Source of the DNA: an uncultured Bacteroidales bacterium
Lineage (GTDB): Bacteria; Bacteroidota; Bacteroidia; Bacteroidales; UBA7960
DNA length: 41,747 nucleotides
NCBI GenBank assembly: GCA_964465275.1
Contig: CAYXIT010000017.1
Location: forward strand, 2,236 to 43,982
Direction: 5' to 3'
In this document: piece by piece, positions 1 through 9,304 of the stretch
Numbering within the stretch: the stretch's first letter is position 1
How the letters are laid out: the number at the start of each line of letters is the position of its first letter
Position numbers and translations under genes: made by a program
The notes under the pieces: generated by a model
What the model was told of the DNA's origin: nothing
The model's input: the letters and a program-made list of their open reading frames with translations, nothing else
The model's database searches: none

Positions 1-867
1 CTTACCCAAAAGATAAGTATCAGATTCATAATAGATCTTATCGAAGAAAACACCCAGCCTTTGATACGTGGAGTCGAAACCCTTGTAAACCCAGCCGTTC
101 ATCTTTTTCCAGATATCAACTGTTTCAGGATCCCTGGCTTCCCACTTGCGGAGCAGTTCACGTGCCTGCTGCATTAAAGGGGCGTTATTGCGTGCATTTT
201 CATCGTCAAGCAGTTGCGATTCTTTCAGAGCCAGTATTTCTTTGCGCAGCTCCGTTTCAAACATTACATAATAATCACCAACAAGTTTATCACCCTTCTT
301 ACCTGATGATTCGGGTGTTTCTCCCTTGCCCCATTTCATCCAGGCGAGCATCGACTTGCAGATGTGTATGCCCCTGTCGTTCACCAGGTTTACTTTCACT
401 GTTTTTTTACCGGCTGCTTCAATAATCTGTGCCACTGAATAACCCAGCAGATTATTACGAATGTGTCCGAGGTGCAAAGGTTTGTTGGTATTTGGGGAAG
501 AATATTCAATTACTACCGGATCGGGATCATCAGCCGGAAACTTACCATACTTGCTATCACCGGCTGTTTCATGAAGAAAATTCTTCCAGAATGTATCATT
601 CAGAGAAAGGTTAAGAAATCCCTTTATCACGTTAAAACTCTCAACTTCATCCAGGCTTTGCAGAAGTTCTTCACCTAATGCCCGGGCAGTGTCCTCCGGC
701 GACCTGCGTGCCAGCTTTACAAAAGGAAATACAACAAGCGTAAAATCGCCGTCAAAATCCTTTCGTGTGGGTTGCAATGCAATTTTTTCACGTTCCACAT
801 TCTGGCCAAACAGCTTTTCTATGGCCTGCTGTACCTGATCTGTTATTTTTTCTTCTATCCGGATCAT
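1..867 (-). CDS. argS: arginine--tRNA ligase, N-terminal 289 codons; the gene runs off the window start
   Basis: Absent from the ORF track because it is open at the window edge. My reverse-strand translation from the ATG (complement of 865-867) reads MIRIEEKITDQVQQAIEKLFGQNVEREKIALQPTRKDFDGDFTLVVFPF...IEYSSPNTNKPLHLGHIRNNLLGYSVAQ...NDRGIHICKSMLAW. This gives the class-I HIGH motif in the context typical of ArgRS. Confidence 0.85.
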   Translation of the reverse strand, partial: MIRIEEKITDQVQQAIEKLFGQNVEREKIALQPTRKDFDGDFTLVVFPFVKLARRSPEDTARALGEELLQSLDEVESFNVIKGFLNLSLNDTFWKNFLHETAGDSKYGKFPADDPDPVVIEYSSPNTNKPLHLGHIRNNLLGYSVAQIIEAAGKKTVKVNLVNDRGIHICKSMLAWMKWGKGETPESSGKKGDKLVGDYYVMFETELRKEILALKESQLLDDENARNNAPLMQQARELLRKWEARDPETVDIWKKMNGWVYKGFDSTYQRLGVFFDKIYYESDTYLLGK

Positions 868-885
868 ACACTTATTTTTAGATGG

Positions 886-893
886 CAAATTTA
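886..893 (-). promoter_or_regulatory. candidate Bacteroidota -7 promoter element (TAAATTTG) for argS
   Basis: The reverse complement of caaattta is TAAATTTG, a perfect TAnnTTTG match, 18 nt upstream of the argS ATG. No clear -33 TTTG was seen. Confidence 0.35.
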
Positions 894-1075
894 GAGCTTT
901 TTTTGGGAAATGATTTAATCAGGCACCGGGGCTTTTGGAAGGTAGTAAGAAAGATATGTAAGCTATAAATTGCTTAAACAAATTACTTAATGGTTTGCCT
1001 ATCCAAAGGAAACCAAATCCTATTCTCCATTTTAAAGTTTCCCTGTTTCACTGTTTTCTTACCAACTTATTTTTC

Positions 1076-1105
1076 CATCAACACATCAACCATCAACCCA
1101 TAAAC
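1076..1105. repeat. short tandem CATCAAC-type intergenic repeat
   Basis: catcaac occurs at 1076-1082, 1084-1090 and 1091-1097, followed by a degenerate cataaacc. A related catcaaac/catcaacc pair lies at 6052-6067. Confidence 0.6.
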
Positions 1106-1246
1106 CAATTTTAACTTGTATTTAGAAAAAAACATTTTACATTTACAAACTTTAATGAAAAGTGATTTATTCAGGACGCATTTTCAAGCAAAACAGATGT
1201 CCCTGGTTTCTTTGTTTTTTATCTATTATTTCAAAAATAAAAACAT

Positions 1247-2929
1247 ATGTTATACAAAAGGTTACTTATTGCATTTTTTGCTCTGCTGCCCCTGCAGTGG
1301 GTTTTAGCGCAGAGCAACTTTTCCTTTTCTCCTGAAGCGGTTGAAGGAAGGCTGAGGGCAGACGTTTATACACTTGCTTCTGAAGAATTCGAGGGACGTG
1401 AATCAGGTACTCCCGGTGAAGAACTGGCTGCTCAGTACATTAAAGAAAGAATGACAGAAGCCGGACTTAGCCCGCTTTTTGGTGATTCTTTTTTTCAGAA
1501 TTTTGAGTTCTCCGGAAGGCTTGAACTGGGCGATGAAAATTTTCTGGTTGTCGGAGAACAGGATTTTGTGCTTGAAGAAGACTTTTTTGTGCTGTCGAAT
1601 TCAGAAAGTAAAAGGGTATATGCCCAGGCGGCATATGCAGGGTTCGGAATTAGCTCAGAAGACAAGGATGACTACTCAGACCTGGGGCCGGTTGAAGGTA
1701 AAATACTCTTTATGGAGTTTTATCTTCCTGAAGAAATGGACGAACGCGGCACTCCCCTGCCTATGGATTTGATATCGCGCAAAATTGATATTGCCAAAGA
1801 AAAAGATGCTGCCGCAATAATTTTTGTTAACACCAAAAGCTGGCGTAACGACCCCCCTCTGCGACTGGGTCGTGCCCGGGAAACTGCCGGAATACCCATT
1901 ATGTTTGCCAAAAGCGAAGTACTGGAATTCTGGCAGCAAAATGCTGTTGATGAATACCTTTTTATTTCTGCTGATCTGCAAAGTCAAACCTATACATCTG
2001 TGAATGTGGCCGGTTATTGGGATAACGATGCAGACCAAACCATTGTTATCGGGGGCCATTTCGATCATCTCGGATACGGGCAAAGTGGTTCGCGCAGCCC
2101 GGGATCAGAGGAAATCCACTTCGGGGCCGATGATAATGCTTCGGGTACTGCCGGAGTATTGGAAGCTGCCAGATACCTGCCACAATCTGATCTTACATCA
2201 AACAACTATATTTTTATCGCCTTCGGTGCCGAAGAAAAAGGACTGCTGGGTAGTCGCCATTTTGCCAATAGTGATGCTTATGACATGGAGCGGATAAATT
2301 ACATGTTCAACTACGACATGATCGGACGTATGGAAGAAGGAAACATAACCCTTTACGGTACAGGCACTTCCCCCCAATGGGAATCAACCATTGACAATAA
2401 TTCTCCGGAAACATTCAATATCCGCAAAAGTGCTTCGGGTATGGGCGGATCTGACCATACAAACTTCTACCGGAAAGATATTCCTGTAATATTCTTTTTT
2501 ACCGGCATACATGATGATTACCACCGGCCCACCGATACACCCGATAAAATCAACTTCCCGGCAATGGCAGATATCCTCTCGTTTTCATTTGATATGATCG
2601 CCGATCTGGATGGAGAAGAAAAACTTGCTTTTGCAACTACACCGATTGAACGCCGTGGCCAGCAGCGTCGGGGCACCGGGGCAACCCTGGGAGTAATGCC
2701 CGATCATGCTTGGGAAGGGCAAGGCGTTAAGATACTGGGTATTGTGGAGAATCGTCCTGCACAGAAGGCGGGGCTGCAAAACGGTGATATTATTGTTAGT
2801 ATCAACGAAGAAAGCGTTCCCGACATCCAGGAGTACATGCGCATTATGAATGGACTACAGGCCGGACAAAAAGTGATGGTAGGCCTTATCCGGGAAGAAG
2901 ATACTATTGAGAAGGAAGTGGAGTTATAG
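1247..2929 (+). CDS. secreted M28-family aminopeptidase with a C-terminal PDZ domain
   Basis: Signal peptide MLYKRLLIAFFALLPLQWVLAQ. M28 metal-ligand motifs are GGHFDHLGYG, GADDNASGTAGVLE, FGAEEKGLLGS, NYDMIG and GGSDHTNF. A PDZ-like segment reads GVKILGIVENRPAQKAGLQNGDIIVSINE. Confidence 0.85.
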   Translation: MLYKRLLIAFFALLPLQWVLAQSNFSFSPEAVEGRLRADVYTLASEEFEGRESGTPGEELAAQYIKERMTEAGLSPLFGDSFFQNFEFSGRLELGDENFLVVGEQDFVLEEDFFVLSNSESKRVYAQAAYAGFGISSEDKDDYSDLGPVEGKILFMEFYLPEEMDERGTPLPMDLISRKIDIAKEKDAAAIIFVNTKSWRNDPPLRLGRARETAGIPIMFAKSEVLEFWQQNAVDEYLFISADLQSQTYTSVNVAGYWDNDADQTIVIGGHFDHLGYGQSGSRSPGSEEIHFGADDNASGTAGVLEAARYLPQSDLTSNNYIFIAFGAEEKGLLGSRHFANSDAYDMERINYMFNYDMIGRMEEGNITLYGTGTSPQWESTIDNNSPETFNIRKSASGMGGSDHTNFYRKDIPVIFFFTGIHDDYHRPTDTPDKINFPAMADILSFSFDMIADLDGEEKLAFATTPIERRGQQRRGTGATLGVMPDHAWEGQGVKILGIVENRPAQKAGLQNGDIIVSINEESVPDIQEYMRIMNGLQAGQKVMVGLIREEDTIEKEVEL

Positions 2930-2938
2930 ACTAATTTC

Positions 2939-3011
2939 ACCGCGGAGACACAGAGAACGCAAAGCAATTAATATCTCCCTGCGAACTCAGCGCACTCTGC
3001 GACTCTGCGGT
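2939..3011. repeat. REP-like element between convergent genes; may act as a bidirectional terminator
   Basis: accgcggag (2939-2947) can pair with ctctgcggt (3003-3011) with one G-U pair, followed by attttt. Inside are three copies of cYctgcgR (2977-2984, 2995-3002, 3003-3010) and acgcaaag (2957-2964). The accgcggag 9-mer recurs at 3512-3520. Confidence 0.45.
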
Positions 3012-3015
3012 ATTT

Positions 3016-3477
3016 TTACTTAAAAACCATATTCTTCTTCACCGTGATCTTTTCACAGTAGTGGCATTTGAGCCTGATATCCTCTTTATCTACCACAGTA
3101 AAGCGGGTAGTGATTGTTTCAATATTGGTGATACAATTGGGATTGAAGCATTTTACAATTCCGGAAATTTTATCAGGCGTTTCCACAATGGTTTTATTTG
3201 CTACCTGAAAGTCCCTGATCTCAATGATACTCGCATGTGGAGCAACAAGAGCGATCTTGTTCAGTTCTTCGGGTTTGAAAAACTTATTGCTTACCTTAAT
3301 GATACCCTTGCTTCCGTATTTCTTACTCTCCAGGTTGGTGCCAAATAACACCATCTGGTCAAACACATCAAGTTTCAACATCTTGATAACCTGAAATACA
3401 GCGGTTGCCGGTATATGGTCTATTACGGTGCCATTTTCAATGGCCGATACTTTCAGTTCTTTTATTTTTTCACTCAT
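3016..3477 (-). CDS. pyrI: aspartate carbamoyltransferase regulatory subunit
   Basis: MSEKIKELKVSAIENGTVIDHIP... with the C-terminal Zn-binding CFNPNC...CHYCEK. It lies directly downstream of pyrB. The ORF stays open to 3534, but the ATG at 3477 matches the usual PyrI N-terminus. Confidence 0.85.
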   Translation of the reverse strand: MSEKIKELKVSAIENGTVIDHIPATAVFQVIKMLKLDVFDQMVLFGTNLESKKYGSKGIIKVSNKFFKPEELNKIALVAPHASIIEIRDFQVANKTIVETPDKISGIVKCFNPNCITNIETITTRFTVVDKEDIRLKCHYCEKITVKKNMVFK

Positions 3478-3536
3478 GGGATGATATATTTTTGATTTAT
3501 GTTTTTTTTTAACCGCGGAGTTGCTAAACCCCAAAC

Positions 3537-4445
3537 CTATCTAAGTCCCAGCATTATCGCCAGCAATGCCTGCCTCACATACACCCCGTTGAGTGCCTGC
3601 TGAAAATAATACGCCCGTGGGTCGGGGTCCACATTGATATGGATTTCATTGACCCGTGGCATAGGATGCAGTATCCTGAAATTTTCCTTTGTTGTGTGAA
3701 GCATGTCTTTATGCAGATTATAGGAATCCTTGATACGTTCAAATTCAAGCGGATCGGAGAATCGCTCCTTCTGAATACGGGTCATGTAAAGGGTATCAAC
3801 AACAGGAATCACCTCTTCCATCTGGGTGTACTGATGATAAGTAAGATTTCTTTCCTTGATATGCATCTTGACAGAGCTGGGAAGCTTAAGTTCCACCGGT
3901 GATACCAGATGAAAAGTTGTATTGTAGTTGCAAAGTGCAATTACCAGTGAATGTACAGTACGCCCGTATTTAAGGTCACCCACAAATGCCACATGCAGAT
4001 TATCGAGTGTGCCCTGGGTTTTGATAATACTGTACAGGTCAAGTAGTGTTTGTGTGGGATGTTGGTTGGAACCATCGCCGGCATTGATAATAGGTACAGG
4101 TGAAATTTCCGATGCAAACCGTGCACTGCCCTCCACGGGGTTACGCATCACAATCAGGTCGGAGTAATTAGCAATGGTAAGGATTGTGTCTCTGAGTGAT
4201 TCACCCTTCTTTACACTGGTGTTTGATGCTTCAGAAAAACCTACGATTTTTCCACCCAAACGGTTGATGGCACTTTCAAAACTCAGTCGTGTACGGGTTG
4301 ATGGTTCAAAAAACAAGGAGGCAATAACATGATCTTTCAGAATTGTTTGTACCGGGTTGGCTTCAAATTCTTTGGCCACCTCCAGTACATGCAGTTGTTC
4401 TTCTTTGGAGTAATCGTTAATGGATACCAGACTTTTGTTCTTCAT
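3537..4445 (-). CDS. pyrB: aspartate carbamoyltransferase catalytic subunit
   Basis: Carries the STRTR carbamoyl-phosphate motif, HPTQ, and HPMPR (the HPLPR-type motif). It is 302 aa long and is followed by pyrI. Confidence 0.9.
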   Translation of the reverse strand: MKNKSLVSINDYSKEEQLHVLEVAKEFEANPVQTILKDHVIASLFFEPSTRTRLSFESAINRLGGKIVGFSEASNTSVKKGESLRDTILTIANYSDLIVMRNPVEGSARFASEISPVPIINAGDGSNQHPTQTLLDLYSIIKTQGTLDNLHVAFVGDLKYGRTVHSLVIALCNYNTTFHLVSPVELKLPSSVKMHIKERNLTYHQYTQMEEVIPVVDTLYMTRIQKERFSDPLEFERIKDSYNLHKDMLHTTKENFRILHPMPRVNEIHINVDPDPRAYYFQQALNGVYVRQALLAIMLGLR

Positions 4446-4506
4446 GATTTCTGTGTTATAAATTGTAATTATATTGATAATTAAGAATTTGCACTAACAA
4501 ATGGCC

Positions 4507-4533
4507 AAAAAAAAGGCGGCTGATAAAGCCGCC
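4507..4533 (-). terminator. rho-independent terminator of the 4544-5899 gene
   Basis: Perfect 7-bp stem ggcggct (4515-4521) / agccgcc (4527-4533) with a 5-nt loop. The A8 run at 4507-4514 gives a U-run after the hairpin on the minus strand. It lies 11 nt beyond the stop codon. Confidence 0.75.
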
Positions 4534-4543
4534 CAATGAATAA

Positions 4544-5899
4544 TTATTTACAACCGCAATCTTTTCTGACCAGATTCTTATCTTTCAGGAAGTCGCATAC
4601 CAGATCGCAAAGGATTGGTTTTCCGATCTCCTGAAGTTCATAGTCAACCTTAACTGTGGGTTTGTCAATTTTCACGATCCTTTGCAGATCGATGGGGGTG
4701 GCAATCACCACAGCGTCGCAATCGGTATTGTTGATAGTTTTCTCCAGGTCGGCAATCTGCTGATCGCCATAACCCATAGCCGGGAGTATACTGCCAATCT
4801 CAGGATAGATCTCGAAGGTTTCTTTCAGACGACCTATGAGGAAGGGTCTTGGGTCAACCAGTTCGGCGGCACCAAATTTTTTAGCGGCAACAGCACCTGC
4901 ACCAATCTTCATATGTCCGTGTGTCAGGGTTGGGCCGTCTTCCACAACCAATACCCGCTTGCCTTTGATAAGTGAAGGATCGCTTATGGTAAGCGGAGAT
5001 GCTCCGTCAACCACAACAGCATCCGGATTTACCTTCATGATATTGTCGCGTACGATCTGAATGTTCTCAGGGCCTGCACTGTCCATCTTGTTTATCACTA
5101 CGATATCGGCCAGACGAAGCGTAGTTTCGCCGGGATAGTAATTGAGTTCGTGACCGGGACGATGTGGATCAACCACGGTAACCATCAGGTCGGGCTTGTA
5201 AAATGGGAAATCGTTGTTTCCGCCATCCCACAGGATCACGTCGGCTTCTTTTTCTGCTTCACGCAAAATGGCTTCATAATCCACACCGGCATAAATTACA
5301 TTTCCGCGTACCACGTGGGGTTCATACTCTTCCATTTCTTCAATGGTACAATTGTGCTTATGAAGGTCTTCAACAGTGGCAAAACGCTGTACTTTCTGGG
5401 CAACCAGGTCACCGTAAGGCATGGGGTGCCTGATGGCTACCACCTTCATGCCATGGTTCATAAGTGCTTCTATGATTTTACGTGATGTCTGGCTTTTTCC
5501 ACAACCCGTTCTTACAGCACCCACAGCAACAACCGGCTTGGTGCTTTTTATCATGGTTTCTTTAGGCCCTATAAGCAAAAAATCGGCCCCATTTGCATTT
5601 ACAATAGAACCGACTGCCATAACCTGCTGGTAAGAAACATCACTGTATGAGAATGCGCAAACATCAACATCCAGTTCCTTGATAAGTCGCGGCAGATCGT
5701 CCTGCGTGTAAATGGGAATTCCTTCGGGGTAAAGCTCGCCGGCAAGTTCAGCAGGATATTTCCTCCCGTCGATATCCGGAATCTGGGCAGCGGTAAAAGC
5801 TACCACATTATAATTGTCGTTTTTCCGGTAGTAGGTGTTAAAGTTGTGAAAATCTCGTCCGGCAGCACCGATAATAATTACGTTCTTCTTTTTACTCAT
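4544..5899 (-). CDS. COG2403-type predicted GTPase / cyclic 2,3-diphosphoglycerate synthetase-like protein
   Basis: 451 aa. Starts VIIIGAAGRDFHNFN, has a P-loop-like AVRTGCGKSQTS, and contains RHPMPYGDL, CTIEEMEEYEP and ILWDGGNNDFPF. This recalled family resemblance was not checked against a database. Confidence 0.55.
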   Translation of the reverse strand: MSKKKNVIIIGAAGRDFHNFNTYYRKNDNYNVVAFTAAQIPDIDGRKYPAELAGELYPEGIPIYTQDDLPRLIKELDVDVCAFSYSDVSYQQVMAVGSIVNANGADFLLIGPKETMIKSTKPVVAVGAVRTGCGKSQTSRKIIEALMNHGMKVVAIRHPMPYGDLVAQKVQRFATVEDLHKHNCTIEEMEEYEPHVVRGNVIYAGVDYEAILREAEKEADVILWDGGNNDFPFYKPDLMVTVVDPHRPGHELNYYPGETTLRLADIVVINKMDSAGPENIQIVRDNIMKVNPDAVVVDGASPLTISDPSLIKGKRVLVVEDGPTLTHGHMKIGAGAVAAKKFGAAELVDPRPFLIGRLKETFEIYPEIGSILPAMGYGDQQIADLEKTINNTDCDAVVIATPIDLQRIVKIDKPTVKVDYELQEIGKPILCDLVCDFLKDKNLVRKDCGCK

Positions 5900-6051
5900 T
5901 TGTTTTGATATTTTTTAAAGGTTAGATTTTATTTTGATTGTGAAATTTGTTTTCGCAAAAAATCCCACAAACCTACACAAATTTTGGAAAAAATTTTTAC
6001 CCGTGCAGGAATTTTTTTCCAAATGTAATTAACAGGAGAGTGAAAACAGGA

Positions 6052-6067
6052 CATCAAACCATCAACC
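6052..6067. repeat. CATCAAC-type short repeat (2 copies)
   Basis: catcaaac then catcaacc, 14 nt beyond the stop of the 6081-7097 gene. Same motif family as 1076-1105. Confidence 0.4.
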
Positions 6068-6080
6068 TTTAAAAAACTGC

Positions 6081-7097
6081 TTAAAGCTTCCTGAACCACT
6101 GGACCATAGGAATGGGAACCCCTATAGTTTCGCCATCGGCACGCACACCTGCAAAGCCAAACTGGAAAGCTGAGTTGGGATTGGTCTGGAACCGTAATCC
6201 GGGCAGGAATATGGCAATACCATATTTCTTTCGGGTTTCTTCTCGTATATCTTCAACATATTCCCCTGTTTCCGGATCCCAGTAACTGTAATCGTTATAT
6301 TCTGTATATGTGCCTGTTCGGGGCACAATAAAAGAATCGAAAACAAAACTTATATTACGTCCTACTTTCGCCATTCCGGCCAGGGATATAAGAAAATTCC
6401 CTTCATTTTCTCTTTGGGTTCTGTAAATACCTTGACCCATTAAATCGCTATAAACATATTCTTCCACATTATAGGTAACACCTCCATAGCCAAAAGAGAA
6501 GTTTATGTTTTTGGTTCGGTCGCCCCAGGTTGCCACCCCGTATGGCAGTGCCAGTGCAAAGTCGGGCCAGGTCCAGGAGCCGGTACCTAATAGTAAACCC
6601 ACGCCGGTACTGAATTTTTCAGTCAGTGGAATACTGTATTTTATACTTCCGATAAGTGGCGTTCCAATCCATGTAGTAAGGATTCCCAGGCCGATATTTT
6701 CACCTACACCAAATTGAAAATCCGGTCCAAAAAGGCTCATGAGCATGTATGTTTCCCCTTTTTCAACAGGTAAACCGTTGGTAGTGATAAAATAGCGTGT
6801 GGCAAATATTTCTGCAGGAATAAATTCACCGGGTTTTTTAAGATCATCACCGGTTGCTTCGCGTATCTCCCTGATCTCATGGCGGGGAATGTATACTTCT
6901 CCCATATCTTCTGTTTTTATAAGCACTTCGCGGGCATCCTGGCTGAGTATCTCACCCACAAAACGACTGCCATCATTTTTTATTACAACAAATATTTTTG
7001 GTAGATCTTCCTGGGAAGGTGCCTCCTGTGCTAATGATATCTGGAAAGAAAAAGCAAGCAAGAGAAAAATTATAGTCAACGGGAATTGTGTTTTCAT
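6081..7097 (-). CDS. hypothetical secreted, probably outer-membrane protein
   Basis: Signal peptide MKTQFPLTIIFLLLAFSFQISLAQ. The C-terminal two thirds are rich in Gly/aromatic alternating stretches. I recognise no family. Confidence 0.6.
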   Translation of the reverse strand: MKTQFPLTIIFLLLAFSFQISLAQEAPSQEDLPKIFVVIKNDGSRFVGEILSQDAREVLIKTEDMGEVYIPRHEIREIREATGDDLKKPGEFIPAEIFATRYFITTNGLPVEKGETYMLMSLFGPDFQFGVGENIGLGILTTWIGTPLIGSIKYSIPLTEKFSTGVGLLLGTGSWTWPDFALALPYGVATWGDRTKNINFSFGYGGVTYNVEEYVYSDLMGQGIYRTQRENEGNFLISLAGMAKVGRNISFVFDSFIVPRTGTYTEYNDYSYWDPETGEYVEDIREETRKKYGIAIFLPGLRFQTNPNSAFQFGFAGVRADGETIGVPIPMVQWFRKL

Positions 7098-7204
7098 TGT
7101 TTTGCGGTTTTAAAGTAACGATTTTTCACTGCTAATGTAATATTTATTTATGTGAAAATTATATAGGGTTGATTTTTGATTTTAAAATGGGAAAGTGGGA
7201 TATT

Positions 7205-7395
7205 AAGGAAAGATGGAACCGCAGGGAGCGCAAGGTTTCTCGAAAGGAACGCAAGGATTCTGGTGGCCCTTCGCTCGCTTTGCGCATTCTTCGCGCCTTT
7301 GCGTGAGGAAAAACACCCGTGCCCGGATCCCACCCCTGCCTCCCTGCAAGCAGGAACCTGTCCCGTCCATGCGGATGGTGTTAAGGGCTGCTGAA
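7205..7395. repeat. GC-rich REP-like intergenic element
   Basis: Visibly more GC-rich than its flanks. CGCAAGG is in forward orientation at 7229-7235 and 7250-7256, and its inverted form (c)tttgcg is at 7279-7284 and 7296-7303. accgcaggg at 7218-7226 resembles accgcggag at 2939 and 3512. The overlapping track ORFs translate to low-complexity LCAFFAPLREEK-type strings. Confidence 0.6.
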
Positions 7396-7400
7396 GGTTG

Positions 7401-9194
7401 TCATTTTCTTTTTCTTCGTGTCTTGGTGGCTTTTTTTTCATTCGTGGCAAAAAAATACCCCTTCTGCTGTCTTTTCGCTTTATCATCACGAACAACGAAA
7501 ATTCGCTTCCCGGTGTAGGGATCAATGCCGGTATAATACATTGTAGTTGCCAGGGTCATGGGTGTAGGAGTAAATTCCTGCACCTGTTCGGGGGAGTACC
7601 CAAGTTTACTGAGCAAACGTGACAGGTCTTTCATATCACTTTCCATTGTGCCGGGATGGCCTGAAATAAAATAGGGAACCAATTGCCAGGGCAGGTTCTC
7701 TTTCCGGCAAAGGTTACGAAATTCTTCATGGAATTTTTCAAAATTGCTGAAAGAGGGTTTACGCATAATATTCAGCACTTTCGTGGATGTATGTTCGGGT
7801 GCCACTTTTAGTCTGCCTGAAACATGGCTGCGGATGAGTTTGCGGATGTAAGGTTTCAGAGCATAATCTCGGTTTTGCTGTTCGGTTTTTCCCAGCAACA
7901 TATCATAACGCACTCCACTGCCGATAGTAATCTTTTTGATGCCCTGAATTTTTTCGGCCTTCTCATACAACTGCAGAAGGGGATTATGATCAAAGTTGAG
8001 ATTTTTACACGTATTCGGGAAAATGCATGAAGGCCTTTTGCACTTTCGGCAGATCTCCTTATCAATGCCTTCCATGCGATACATATTAGCAGACGGACCG
8101 CCAAGGTCAGTGATATGACCCTTGAAGCCCGGCAATTGCGATATTTTCTCCACTTCCTTTAAAACAGACTCTTCACTTCTGCTCACTACAAATTTTCCCT
8201 GGTGCATATTGATTGCACAAAAACTGCAACCGCCAAAGCAACCCCGGTGAATATTAACTGAATGTTTTATCATTTCCCAGGCTGGTACAGGTGGCTTTTT
8301 ATCATAGTGCGGATGGGGCTTTCGTGCATAGGCTAATTCATAAGGCTCATCAGCATCTTTCCCATCCGGGATCGGGAAAGGTGGATTTACCACTATAACC
8401 TGATCATCTACCCTTTGCAACAGCCGCGGTGCTTCAATGGTGTTTGAGACTTCCTCAATCATCCGGAAAGCACTGGCAAAAGTTGTTTTATCAGCCATGC
8501 AATCATCATGAGACGGTAATTCCCTTTCTGATATATTCTTCAAAGGGGGAAGATCCTTTTGGTGCGGCCACAAAAAGCCCGTTTGAGGAATATTGTGCAG
8601 CGATGTAAGTGGCACCCCCTTTTTCATGAGAGAAATGATCATTTTCCATGCCTGCTCTCCCATACCGTAAAGCAACAGATCGGCTCCGCTTTCGGTAAGA
8701 ATGGATGGCTTAACTTTATCCTGCCAGTAATCATAATGAGTAAACCGGCGCATGGATGCCTCAACTCCGCCCAAAACCACAGGAACCTCGGGATATAGTT
8801 TTTTAAGGATTTGAGTATAAACGACTGATGCGTAGTCAGGCCGGTATCCCGGTCGCCCTCCCGGGGTATAGGCATCATCGCTGCGGCGGCGGCGCAAAGC
8901 TGTATAGTGATTTACCATAGAGTCCATGCTTCCTGCTGTAACTCCGAAAAAGTACCTGGGTACACCCAGTTTTTTGAAATCGCGCAGATCATCGCGCCAG
9001 TTGGGCTGCGGCAATATGGCAACGCGCATCCCCAGCTTTTCTGCCATACGACCCATAATTGCAGCACCAAAGGAAGGGTGATCAATATAGGCATCGCCGG
9101 TAACAATAATGATATCGGGTTGATCCCAACTTAACAATTCTATTTCATTGCGGCTTACAGGTAAAAAAGGAAGGGCAGCGTTTTCTGTTTTCAT
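7401..9194 (-). CDS. ygiQ: YgiQ-family (UPF0313) radical SAM protein
   Basis: 597 aa. The radical-SAM cluster motif appears as CFGGCSFC. The N-terminus LPVSRNEIELLSWDQPDIIIVTGDAYIDHPSFG is typical of YgiQ, and the tail is Lys/Arg-rich. Confidence 0.85.
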   Translation of the reverse strand: MKTENAALPFLPVSRNEIELLSWDQPDIIIVTGDAYIDHPSFGAAIMGRMAEKLGMRVAILPQPNWRDDLRDFKKLGVPRYFFGVTAGSMDSMVNHYTALRRRRSDDAYTPGGRPGYRPDYASVVYTQILKKLYPEVPVVLGGVEASMRRFTHYDYWQDKVKPSILTESGADLLLYGMGEQAWKMIISLMKKGVPLTSLHNIPQTGFLWPHQKDLPPLKNISERELPSHDDCMADKTTFASAFRMIEEVSNTIEAPRLLQRVDDQVIVVNPPFPIPDGKDADEPYELAYARKPHPHYDKKPPVPAWEMIKHSVNIHRGCFGGCSFCAINMHQGKFVVSRSEESVLKEVEKISQLPGFKGHITDLGGPSANMYRMEGIDKEICRKCKRPSCIFPNTCKNLNFDHNPLLQLYEKAEKIQGIKKITIGSGVRYDMLLGKTEQQNRDYALKPYIRKLIRSHVSGRLKVAPEHTSTKVLNIMRKPSFSNFEKFHEEFRNLCRKENLPWQLVPYFISGHPGTMESDMKDLSRLLSKLGYSPEQVQEFTPTPMTLATTMYYTGIDPYTGKRIFVVRDDKAKRQQKGYFFATNEKKATKTRRKRK

Positions 9195-9304
9195 GAATTG
9201 AATGTTGCCGGGTTTGCTGCAAAATTATACAAGAATTAACAATTGCCGTGGAAAAAGGAATAATGCAGCGGCAATATTTGGGAAAATAATTAAGCGGGAT
9301 TAAT

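Noticed and set aside
3478-3534. 19-codon N-terminal extension of pyrI
   Set aside because: The extension covers the accgcggag repeat and is Lys-rich low complexity. The PyrI consensus N-terminus starts at the internal ATG. The longer form cannot be fully excluded.
5975-6015. AT-rich inverted repeat ttggaaaaaa...ttttttccaa as a terminator for the 6081-7097 gene
   Set aside because: The stem is almost entirely A/T with an 18-nt loop, so its predicted stability is low. It may be incidental in this AT-rich spacer.
7205-7395. Possible tRNA, SRP RNA or other structured ncRNA in the GC-rich island
   Set aside because: I found no T-loop (GGTTCGAATCC-like) motif, no SRP domain IV motif and no cloverleaf-compatible arrangement. 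The shared motifs with other intergenic sites argue for a dispersed repeat. A small RNA cannot be excluded without covariance-model scanning.
7148-7525. Overlapping ORFs of 72-125 aa on both strands in the 7150-7620 region
   Set aside because: They cover the GC-rich REP-like element and the 3' end of ygiQ. The translations are repeat-derived strings (LCAFFAPLREEK, KGAKNAQSERRA) with no start context. I treat them as artefacts of the repeat.
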